Virus record (IMG/VR): IMGVR_UViG_3300037461_000469 | Coordinates: 1 to 29,751 of that record | Length of the DNA: 29,751 nucleotides | Reading direction: 5' to 3' (one strand) | DNA from: a virus | Taxonomy: Duplodnaviria > Heunggongvirae > Uroviricota > Caudoviricetes | Shown: positions 8,734 through 16,844 of the stretch, piece by piece | Position numbering within the stretch: position 1 is the stretch's first letter | How the letters are laid out: each line of letters begins with the position of its first letter | The notes under the pieces: model-generated | What the model saw: the letters and a program-made list of their open reading frames with translations, nothing else | What the model was told of the DNA's origin: nothing | The model's database searches: none | Program-made: the position numbers and the translations under genes

Positions 8734-9519
8734 ATGGCACAATCTGCAACAATAATTTATGGTCGCTCAGGATTTTCAGGATTCAGCGGAACAGGTTTCT
8801 CTGGATTCAGCGGCTATAGTAGTTTCAGCGGATACTCAGGCAAATCAGGGTACAGCGGCATATCAGGATTTTCTTCGCAATCGGGATACAGCGGCTATTC
8901 AGGCGTATCCGGCTACTCCGCATACTCAGGTGTATCGGGGTACAGCGGTAAGTCGGGTTATAGCGGATACTCAGGCGTATCAGGCTACTCAGCCTACTCA
9001 GGCGTAAGCGGTTACAGCGGCAAGTCGGGCTATAGCGGCTACTCAGGCGTGTCGGGCTTCTCTGCGTACTCAGGCGTATCAGGCTATAGCGGCGTGTCAG
9101 GCGTAAGCGGCTACTCAGGTATATCGGGTTACAGCGGCTACTCAGGCGTGTCAGGCTACTCAGGCATATCGGGCTACTCAGGCATCAGCGGTTACTCAGG
9201 CTACAGCGGCTATTCTGGACAAATACCCGCAACAGGAAATTCAGGTTATGTATCTAAATTTACTTCTACTACTGCATTAGGTAATTCTATACTTTATGAT
9301 AATGGAACAACAGTTTCCATAGGTATTACTGGTGGTGATGCAAATGCTATATTACAATTGGACAGCACTACGCAAGGATTTTTACTACCAAGAATGACAA
9401 CAGCACAAAAAAATGCTATTGATACTCCACCTGAAGGATTAATAGTTTATGATACAACACTTCATATACTTTGTTATTATAATGGTTCTAGTTGGGTATC
9501 TATTGGGACTTATGCTTAG
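8734..9519 (+). CDS. Gly-X-Ser repeat virion protein
   Basis: 261 aa. About 150 aa of G-X-S triplets, then AILQLDSTTQGFLLPRMTTAQKNAI..P.EGLIVYDT...YNGSSW, a domain common in fibre proteins. Confidence 0.8.
   Translation: MAQSATIIYGRSGFSGFSGTGFSGFSGYSSFSGYSGKSGYSGISGFSSQSGYSGYSGVSGYSAYSGVSGYSGKSGYSGYSGVSGYSAYSGVSGYSGKSGYSGYSGVSGFSAYSGVSGYSGVSGVSGYSGISGYSGYSGVSGYSGISGYSGISGYSGYSGYSGQIPATGNSGYVSKFTSTTALGNSILYDNGTTVSIGITGGDANAILQLDSTTQGFLLPRMTTAQKNAIDTPPEGLIVYDTTLHILCYYNGSSWVSIGTYA
8761..9219 (+). repeat. Gly-X-Ser coding tandem repeat
   Basis: Repeated SGYSG/SGVSG/SAYSG triplets. Confidence 0.9.
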
Positions 9520-9602
9520 ACACAAATAATATTGGTAAAAATATTAAATGACAAATTATGGTTTAAATACTAAATATATATGGATAACCGTTAGGAGGAA
9601 AA

Positions 9603-10976
9603 ATGGCAGATAAAATGTATTTTATGTCGAGCGATATGTTCGCTATGACTAACCCAGGCCAAAAGTTTGTAACTTGGAATGGTTCAACTTGGATATTGGA
9701 TGAAGAGCGTTGGTTCAATTATTGCGCTTTGGATATGGCGAATCGTGGAGTTAATATGATGAGGTGGTTAGGATGGGGTGTATGGCCTAATTGGAATGAC
9801 CCTAATGGATACAAAACCAATCTCACCCCATTCATTCAGGTTTCAGATGGCGTATTTGACCTTACGAAACGTAACGACAAGTATTGGGAAATTGCAGAGA
9901 AAATGATTCGGATTATGAATTATCCCTCGCAGACAGCAGGGAATACCGCACCAGGTATTACTCTTTGGATTGACCTTTTCTATCAATATACCAATGATAG
10001 TAATGACCAACAATTTTCTCCTTGGCGCAATAACGTTCAAGAAACTAAAGACCTTTACGACATTGAAAATCGTCAGTATGCTTTGGCGTATATGTTGGAA
10101 TGGTTTAAACTCGCAAAAGAAAAAGGCTTAAAGATTATTTTCGGAATGGGTAATGAAATGACGGCAGAAAGTCTAGACTTTTGTTACTTCATTTTGGATA
10201 CAATGGACCAGCAAAGAATTTGGCCTCATGCTTGGGGAATTTGTCCTGATATTCCTTCAAATGGTAATGACCTTTTTAAGAAACTTCCAGGTTATATTTA
10301 TGATAGAGGTTTATTCATGTGGCATCCTCTACGTCAAGACCCTGCTGATAGATGGGACACAAGTATTATTCGTCCAACCCACGGTTGCTGCGGCTGCGTC
10401 AACAATCAAGGGGTGAATGTATTTGAACAGGCTATGCAATATTGGGCTTGTCTTCCTGTTCGTTGGCAAGTAAGCGATGATGGTTGTATGGGTGGTGCTA
10501 CACCACGGCCAGGCGTTGACCAATGGACAGATATGGTAACTAAAATTTGTACTTGGCGAGGAACGGATGCTTTAACCTTAGATTGGGCTGGTATTGATAA
10601 ACCAACGATGGGTATTGAACACCTTCCTGACGATGAACTTTGGGACGATTGCAGAGATGAACAACTCAAAATTTTTGAAGCAATGGCGGCCCCTTATGAA
10701 CAATATGTTGCGCCGTGGGAAAATAAAGGTAAGTGGACAGTTCCTTACATCAAGCCTGAGTGTCAAATTGGAGAAACCAAGACCGAAACTTGTTGGGATG
10801 GCTCGACAATCGTTACTCACACTTGTGAAAATAACCATTGGGTTCCTACCAATGCGACTTGCCCTTCGCAGGATTGCAAGTGCATCTACTACTTGAACAT
10901 TCACGACAGTTGGCTTGGTATCCCGAACTTCATCAAGTGTATCTTGGGGAAGAAAGACCCATACTGCAAAAAGTAA
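9603..10976 (+). CDS. Glycoside-hydrolase-like TIM-barrel protein (GH-A clan/GH5-like) with Cys-rich C-terminal extension
   Basis: SD AGGAGG. MANRGVNMMRW, GITLWIDLF and IIFGMGNEM (NE acid/base-like motif). Trp/Tyr-rich. Eight Cys in the last about 70 aa. Confidence 0.55.
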   Translation: MADKMYFMSSDMFAMTNPGQKFVTWNGSTWILDEERWFNYCALDMANRGVNMMRWLGWGVWPNWNDPNGYKTNLTPFIQVSDGVFDLTKRNDKYWEIAEKMIRIMNYPSQTAGNTAPGITLWIDLFYQYTNDSNDQQFSPWRNNVQETKDLYDIENRQYALAYMLEWFKLAKEKGLKIIFGMGNEMTAESLDFCYFILDTMDQQRIWPHAWGICPDIPSNGNDLFKKLPGYIYDRGLFMWHPLRQDPADRWDTSIIRPTHGCCGCVNNQGVNVFEQAMQYWACLPVRWQVSDDGCMGGATPRPGVDQWTDMVTKICTWRGTDALTLDWAGIDKPTMGIEHLPDDELWDDCRDEQLKIFEAMAAPYEQYVAPWENKGKWTVPYIKPECQIGETKTETCWDGSTIVTHTCENNHWVPTNATCPSQDCKCIYYLNIHDSWLGIPNFIKCILGKKDPYCKK

Positions 10977-11011
10977 GCAAATTTATGGTAAAGGATTGAC
11001 GAAAATAAACA

Positions 11012-12394
11012 ATGGATAAAATCTTAAAAAATCCGCAGTTAGTATCGGCAGAATTATTTACTACAGGTTTTTGTAATTTAGACTGCTCCTACTGTTATAT
11101 TGAAAAGACGGACTATCTCAAAAAAATCCACCAAGATATTCTAAAAAAGATACAGACAGGGGAATATATCAAGGAACTCTATTCTCTTTACGGAGACCAA
11201 CTTGAAGCCATCACCTTTTGGGGAACAGAACCTCTGCTTTCTTTAAACTTGTTAGTAGAACAGGTTCCATCCATTCTTCAAGTCTTTCCAAAACTTAATC
11301 ACTTCGGCTTCTCGACAAACTTGATGGTAAATACTCAAAGCATAATCAACTTTATCAAAGCGATTCCAACAGATAGGGATATCAAAATAAAGATTCAGGT
11401 TTCTATTGATGGCCCTCCTGAAATCACAGACATAAATCGTCAAGGGAGTGCAACAGTAACTATCAAGAATAATTTTCTAAATATTGTAAGAATTCTTCAA
11501 CCTATGGAATTGGGAAAGGTAAGTGTAGAGTTCGTACTGAAGCCCACTTGGTCAACTGAAAATCTGATGTGGTTCATCAAGGAACCATCTAGACTCTATT
11601 ACTACTTTTACTTCTTCGATGAGTGGATAGAAAGAGCAAAAACAATTAACAAATCGAAAAATATCTGTCTTAATATTCAAGGTATACCCACGATGGCTGT
11701 TCCCGGCACCTATACTTCAAAAGATGGAAAAATGTTTGCAAAACTCTGTGATGACCTTGCCTTTCTAGCATATAAAAATAAAAAATCTTCTCTCTTCATT
11801 CATCACCGTGGTTTATTTAACTCATATTCCTATAGACTGATACGTTTACTCAATCACAATAGAGAATTTGCTATGAGACCTGAAAATTTTTCTTGTTCGG
11901 CAGGGAGGTCGCAAAACCAATTAGGAGAACACAGAGACTTTCACCTTTGCCATCGTTCTCTTTTTATGAATCATCCTGAATATGTAAATGAGTTGAAGGA
12001 TGAAGGTAATTGGGATTTCCACTTACAGCAGAAGGATAGAATAAACCTGTTAAAGAATAAACACATCGTGAATATCGATGACCAATTAGAAGTAGATAGA
12101 GCGTCATATACATGGCTAGCAGGCCAAGCCTTTTCCAAACATAAGATAGCCTGTGGTCTAGCAAATATTAAGGAACTAGTTTACAGCAAACAAATTGATG
12201 AGATATACGAAGATAAGGATTTGGCTTATTTATTTTCTATCTTTATTAACTATGCCCTAGGATGCCCTGCGGAAAATATACTCCAAACAGGAACCCTTTT
12301 TAGTTCATCATTATCTTTATACAGACTATTCGGTAACGGCGCATTTTCAATAATTTTAAGAGAGGTCAGAAATGAGTTATCAGCAAGAGAATAA
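11012..12394 (+). CDS. Radical SAM protein with reduced (twitch-like) auxiliary domain
   Basis: CNLDCSYC (CxxxCxxC), ITFWGTEP, FSTN, VSIDGP..DINR. C-terminal FSCSAG...FHLCHR. Confidence 0.88.
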   Translation: MDKILKNPQLVSAELFTTGFCNLDCSYCYIEKTDYLKKIHQDILKKIQTGEYIKELYSLYGDQLEAITFWGTEPLLSLNLLVEQVPSILQVFPKLNHFGFSTNLMVNTQSIINFIKAIPTDRDIKIKIQVSIDGPPEITDINRQGSATVTIKNNFLNIVRILQPMELGKVSVEFVLKPTWSTENLMWFIKEPSRLYYYFYFFDEWIERAKTINKSKNICLNIQGIPTMAVPGTYTSKDGKMFAKLCDDLAFLAYKNKKSSLFIHHRGLFNSYSYRLIRLLNHNREFAMRPENFSCSAGRSQNQLGEHRDFHLCHRSLFMNHPEYVNELKDEGNWDFHLQQKDRINLLKNKHIVNIDDQLEVDRASYTWLAGQAFSKHKIACGLANIKELVYSKQIDEIYEDKDLAYLFSIFINYALGCPAENILQTGTLFSSSLSLYRLFGNGAFSIILREVRNELSARE

Positions 12395-13706
12395 TGAAAT
12401 CGTAAAAAACTTTTTAGAACGAACATATTTCAAAGCGTGGAGAGAATGGGAAGCCGCTGAAAAGGATACGGGATATTTTCTCAATAATTACAGGAATCTA
12501 GAGTTCGACCTCTCTGACGTTTGTGAGTTAAAATGCTCATATTGTTACGTTACCAAATTCGGCAAACAATATTTTCCTGACCCCGCACTAAAGAACCCTC
12601 AAACAATCTTCGACAACGCTAAGGTCGTAATGGATTGGTTATGGGAGAACCAAATGAGACCTAAGTTAGAATTGTTCGGGGGCGATGCGCTCAATCAGAA
12701 GGTAGGTTTCGATATCATTAACGAAGTCATAACTAGGGCTGAAGCAGGCAAACCGTCTTTTACAGAAATCATAGTCCCAACCAATATGAATTTTCTTCTC
12801 GATGATGATAAAATAATCCTTGTTGAAGATTTTATTGAAAGAGGAAAGAAGGTAAATTTACCTTTATTTCTAAGTGCTTCTGTTGATGGTATTTATATGG
12901 AAGATAATAGGTCATTCAGAAGCAACAGAAAGAGAGATGAACAATTTTATGACAAACTCTTTAAATTCGCCAAAAAATATCACTTTGGATTTCATCCTAT
13001 GGTATATTCAGAAAACATCGAAAAATGGTGGGATAATTTTTTATGGTTTCAAAGAAAATTTAAAGAATACGATTTACCCCCAACTTCTATGTATCTTCTT
13101 GAAGTAAGAAATGCTGAATGGAACGAAGAACAATGTAAACATCTCTATGAATTTCTGAAAAAACTTACAATGTGGGTAACAAAAAACCTACAACAATACG
13201 AAGACCCTGCAAGAGAGTTCTATAGAAAAAAATGGTCATTTAATACTTTATCTAACCCATTTTCTCATATCGGTAGAGGATTAGGTTGCTCATTACAATC
13301 ATCAATGTATTTAAGAATGGGAGATTTAACTACATTTCCTTGTCATCGTTTAATGTACGATTACTTCAAATTGTTTCGTTTTATAAAAAAGGATGAAAAG
13401 ATTACCGATATTGAAGCAATTACCCCTGAGTTATTATTTGCAACTAACTCCACAAATACTTCCAATTTTCCTGTTTGTGAACATTGTATAGCAAACTCGA
13501 TATGCTCTTATGGATGTTTAGGGGCGCAGTTTGAAAACACAGGCGATATGTTCGTTCCCATTCCTTCAATGTGTAGGATGGAATTCTATAGATTAAAGGG
13601 TATTTTTGAAGGATTCAAGGAGAGTGGTTTATTGGATGGTTTATTAGGTATGGCCCAAGATGAAAGAAAAAAAATAATTTTGAGATTTATGGAGGAAACA
13701 AAATGA
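12372..13706 (+). CDS. Radical SAM/SPASM-domain protein (peptide/protein maturase-like)
   Basis: CELKCSYC, LFGGD, SASVDG..NR. SPASM-like GCSLQ...FPCHR...CEHCIANSICSYGC...SMC. Confidence 0.9.
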   Translation: MSYQQENNEIVKNFLERTYFKAWREWEAAEKDTGYFLNNYRNLEFDLSDVCELKCSYCYVTKFGKQYFPDPALKNPQTIFDNAKVVMDWLWENQMRPKLELFGGDALNQKVGFDIINEVITRAEAGKPSFTEIIVPTNMNFLLDDDKIILVEDFIERGKKVNLPLFLSASVDGIYMEDNRSFRSNRKRDEQFYDKLFKFAKKYHFGFHPMVYSENIEKWWDNFLWFQRKFKEYDLPPTSMYLLEVRNAEWNEEQCKHLYEFLKKLTMWVTKNLQQYEDPAREFYRKKWSFNTLSNPFSHIGRGLGCSLQSSMYLRMGDLTTFPCHRLMYDYFKLFRFIKKDEKITDIEAITPELLFATNSTNTSNFPVCEHCIANSICSYGCLGAQFENTGDMFVPIPSMCRMEFYRLKGIFEGFKESGLLDGLLGMAQDERKKIILRFMEETK

Positions 13707-14191
13707 ATTTAGATGAATTTATCAAGGCTTTACGTAAGTATATAGACACCCCTGATGCGGTATATATACTTGCTAGGAAAAAGGAACAATACTTGAAGGC
13801 TATTGCAATCGTAGAACGGGATGCAAAAATTTGCGACCAACAGGAAAATCCAACATTTGACTCAGCCGATGTAACCCTTCTAGTAGAAACGTTAGAACAT
13901 CTCTTAGCAGTTCTCAATGAACAGCCAATAGGTGAAGACACAACCAAATTTGCCGATGCCTATTCTACTTTGTTATACAATCACAACAAAAATACTCATA
14001 AATTAGAAAAAATTAGTACCCTTTCGCAAACGGTCAACCGCTACGCAAATCTTCGTCTAACCACGGCAGAGTTGATTCAAAATTTGAGAAAGATGAATAA
14101 ACAAATTAGAGACCTCAGTAATCTCTCTTACCAACCCGCCCAATTGAGTAAACATTATTTGGCAAGTTTCGACAAGAAGAATAATAAATAA
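13703..14191 (+). CDS. Hypothetical alpha-helical protein, coupled to the rSAM pair
   Basis: 162 aa, ATGA overlap with the rSAM/SPASM gene, SD GGAGG. Confidence 0.75.
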   Translation: MNLDEFIKALRKYIDTPDAVYILARKKEQYLKAIAIVERDAKICDQQENPTFDSADVTLLVETLEHLLAVLNEQPIGEDTTKFADAYSTLLYNHNKNTHKLEKISTLSQTVNRYANLRLTTAELIQNLRKMNKQIRDLSNLSYQPAQLSKHYLASFDKKNNK

Positions 14192-14208
14192 TATAGAGGA
14201 TTATATCT

Positions 14209-14856
14209 ATGCCTTTTACTTGGACAACACTTCCTGTTACTGCTGGCTCTAGCCAAATCGTATCACCTATAGTTGCTGAAATTCGTACAAATATCAACAC
14301 CGATAGAGGATATGTGGGGTTAGCCGCCATTGGAGCGGCACCAGGGACGTTCCCTACTAATTGGACAAAAACTATCGCCGCAGGAGTAAAGATAGAAGAG
14401 GCAGAATATACAGAAATGAAAACAGCACTAGATGCGGCTTGGGATGCAAATATTTGTACTGCACATCGGGTAACACATTATTCAATCTATCAAAGTACTC
14501 ACGATGCTTCCTATCGAGCAACCCATCAAACCACCTACCTAAGTGGCGATGATGGAACTGTAGAATCTAGCCATTTACATACAAACCGCGCAACTCACTA
14601 CGCAACCTATCAGGGAAGTCATCATACTTCAGATAAAGATACAAATAATACTTCTCACGATGTGGATTATCACGCATCTCATTGGACAACCCATTACGGA
14701 ACAAATCTTGCAAAACATAATGCCTCCTATGATGTTGTATATAATTCAGGCGGGGTAAATAATTTCTACTATGTTAGTGATGAGACAGGATATGATAATG
14801 GTGTGAACAGCGGCGATAATAACACATATGAAGGAGCATATAATCCTATCATTTAA
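14209..14856 (+). CDS. His/Tyr tetrad-repeat protein A (candidate rSAM substrate)
   Basis: 215 aa, SD AGAGGA. Residues 86-181 form 24 consecutive four-residue units starting with H/Y/D/N (one V), most ending in S/T. Confidence 0.8.
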   Translation: MPFTWTTLPVTAGSSQIVSPIVAEIRTNINTDRGYVGLAAIGAAPGTFPTNWTKTIAAGVKIEEAEYTEMKTALDAAWDANICTAHRVTHYSIYQSTHDASYRATHQTTYLSGDDGTVESSHLHTNRATHYATYQGSHHTSDKDTNNTSHDVDYHASHWTTHYGTNLAKHNASYDVVYNSGGVNNFYYVSDETGYDNGVNSGDNNTYEGAYNPII

Positions 14857-14874
14857 TATAGAGGGATAAATAAA

Positions 14875-15447
14875 ATGAGTTATTCAGCAGGATGTAAGGA
14901 TTGGACGCAAACAATTGCTATTGGTGGCGTAGTCGAAGCCGTTGACGTAAACGAATTTAAAACCAATGTGGATTGGATAAAGGATAACCTAGCCTGTCTC
15001 TCCCATAATACCACTTACCGCTCAACACATTATACCGGCGATGACGTAAGCCATAATACAACTTATCGCGGAACTCACGATACAGGAGTTCGAACAACCC
15101 ATGACACTTCAGAAAAATCATCTCACGATTCAACTTATCGGGCAACCCATTACACAGGCGACCTTTCATCCCACTACGAACAAAATTATAATAATCACGA
15201 TACAGGTTACGATGCGACTTATAATGTAACCCATTTACTAATCGCAAACACTGGCGACGATGCAACTTATATTGGTTTTCATTGCGTAGCAGACTTGAAT
15301 GAGTATGATAACGTTCATTGGATGTCTCAGGACGTAGGATATGATTCAACCGTAAGAGGAACTCACTACACAACTTATAACGATACTCATTTAGGAGCCT
15401 ATTTCTCCAAAGATAATACTTCAGATTTGGGTATAGACTCTCCTTAA
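14875..15447 (+). CDS. His/Tyr tetrad-repeat protein B (candidate rSAM substrate)
   Basis: 190 aa, SD GAGGG. All 14 His fall at positions divisible by 4. N-terminal motif shared with 14209..14856. Confidence 0.8.
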   Translation: MSYSAGCKDWTQTIAIGGVVEAVDVNEFKTNVDWIKDNLACLSHNTTYRSTHYTGDDVSHNTTYRGTHDTGVRTTHDTSEKSSHDSTYRATHYTGDLSSHYEQNYNNHDTGYDATYNVTHLLIANTGDDATYIGFHCVADLNEYDNVHWMSQDVGYDSTVRGTHYTTYNDTHLGAYFSKDNTSDLGIDSP

Positions 15448-15469
15448 AAACATAATAAAGGATTTAAAA

Positions 15470-16468
15470 ATGAAAGTTTTTCTGACGAATTTAGATGTCG
15501 GCAGCGGAATTGCTTACGTTGGTGGCGTAATTAAGAATTGGCTTCAGGAATTACCTATCACCCTTTTCGAATACAGAGACCAAACATCGGAATCCGCAAC
15601 CTATGCAGTACTACAAAGAGAAAAGCCTGACGTTATTGTGATAAACGAAATCTACCCTCGGATAATTTCACCTGTTCTTTACTACAAGATGACTTATCCG
15701 CAGACTGTAGTAATCCTTTTCTCGCACTCGCAGAAGGCTCTTTTGTCTGTACAAACTAACGATGCAAGCAAGCACAATCAACATACTGTACTGATGGATT
15801 TGATACACCGTTCTAAAGCCGTTTACGTTCTAGGAGCAAGAACGGAAAAAAATATAGGCAGAGAGATTGTCAAATTCTGTCCTTCTGACCCTGAAATTTT
15901 TTCTAATAAAACAAATTGGAACAAGAGACCTAATCTCTTTTGCATGATAAGTAATATTTACCCTGTAAAAGTATGCGAAGAATTTCTGAAGTTGGTAAAA
16001 AATATTCCTACCTCAATTGATGTGTATGGAGAATTACTTGATAGGTTCATAAGCCAATCTTACAAAGAATTATTCCTAGAGGCCACAAAACATAATCTTT
16101 GTTATAGGGGTGCGCTTTACCAAGAAAAAGTAGGCGAAGTACTCAATCAATACAAGTACATCATTTTTCCGCATCACGGACACGAATCGTTTTTTATGGT
16201 GCTTCATCAAGCCATTATGTGCGGAACCATCCCCATCGTTTTGAATGATAGAAGTGGAAAAGATTTTGATGGCTCGTGGATTGATTGGTGTGATGGGTTA
16301 TATTTTGGGGTAGAAAAAATTGAAGATTTTATTTCTAACTTAATAAAATTATCCACAGATAGGACAGATTTAACACCTGTCTCAAAATTTATTTCAACCG
16401 AAGTGATGAAGAGATTTGACTACTACGCCTTCAAAAAGGAATTTCAAACTTTTTTAGATAAACTATAA
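15470..16468 (+). CDS. GT-B fold glycosyltransferase (GT4-like)
   Basis: PDVIVIN, IDVYG...YRGAL. YKYIIFP..HESFFMVLHQAIMCGTIPIV resembles the GT4 ExFGxxxxEAxxxGxPVI motif. Confidence 0.75.
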   Translation: MKVFLTNLDVGSGIAYVGGVIKNWLQELPITLFEYRDQTSESATYAVLQREKPDVIVINEIYPRIISPVLYYKMTYPQTVVILFSHSQKALLSVQTNDASKHNQHTVLMDLIHRSKAVYVLGARTEKNIGREIVKFCPSDPEIFSNKTNWNKRPNLFCMISNIYPVKVCEEFLKLVKNIPTSIDVYGELLDRFISQSYKELFLEATKHNLCYRGALYQEKVGEVLNQYKYIIFPHHGHESFFMVLHQAIMCGTIPIVLNDRSGKDFDGSWIDWCDGLYFGVEKIEDFISNLIKLSTDRTDLTPVSKFISTEVMKRFDYYAFKKEFQTFLDKL

Positions 16469-16482
16469 ATAAATTTAATAAA

Positions 16483-16821
16483 ATGAAAATAATATTTATT
16501 AAATTTCTTAAATATCTACCGTGGGCATTTATTCAACAAATATTTGTCATTACTCTTTTTATTTTTTTCTTTTCGCATATAACAGTTTTTGGGGCAATTT
16601 TTTCCGCAGTTTCGATTTTTTCTTTTCTTCATTTTCCTAACAAATTTTTGATGTTTTTGACATTTTTTATAGAGATTATATTTTTATATTTTTATACAAG
16701 TGTATTTTCTTTATTATGGATAACGGGGGTTCATGCCCTTATTGCCGTATTGGTTAAAATCTACGTTCCTAGTGATATTACCCACGGTATGAGGGTTCTT
16801 TGGAATTATTATAAAAATTAA
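16483..16821 (+). CDS. Small membrane protein, CPBP/CAAX-protease (Abi)-like
   Basis: Several hydrophobic segments. WAFIQQ (EE-motif position), IFSFLHFPN (FxxxH) and LLWITGVHAL (Hxxx motif). Confidence 0.55.
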   Translation: MKIIFIKFLKYLPWAFIQQIFVITLFIFFFSHITVFGAIFSAVSIFSFLHFPNKFLMFLTFFIEIIFLYFYTSVFSLLWITGVHALIAVLVKIYVPSDITHGMRVLWNYYKN

Positions 16822-16844
16822 TGAATTATTACGAAAAGAGAACT

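Noticed and set aside
2444-9219. Repeat tracts as a CRISPR array or DGR template/variable repeats
   Set aside because: There are no unique spacers, no cas or reverse-transcriptase gene in the window, and differences between copies are not adenine-specific. The tracts are in-frame coding repeats.
14209-15447. Assignment of the cluster to the known His-Xaa-Ser (Hxs) radical SAM system
   Set aside because: The periodicity here is four/eight residues with alternating His/Tyr, not His-Xaa-Ser triplets. It is kept only as an analogy pending HMM searches.
1898-16471. ATAAATA/TATAAATA hits upstream of several + strand genes as T4-like late promoters
   Set aside because: Several hits overlap stop codons or lie between the SD and ATG (8720, 14184, 14866), and the motif is expected by chance in AT-rich intergenic DNA.
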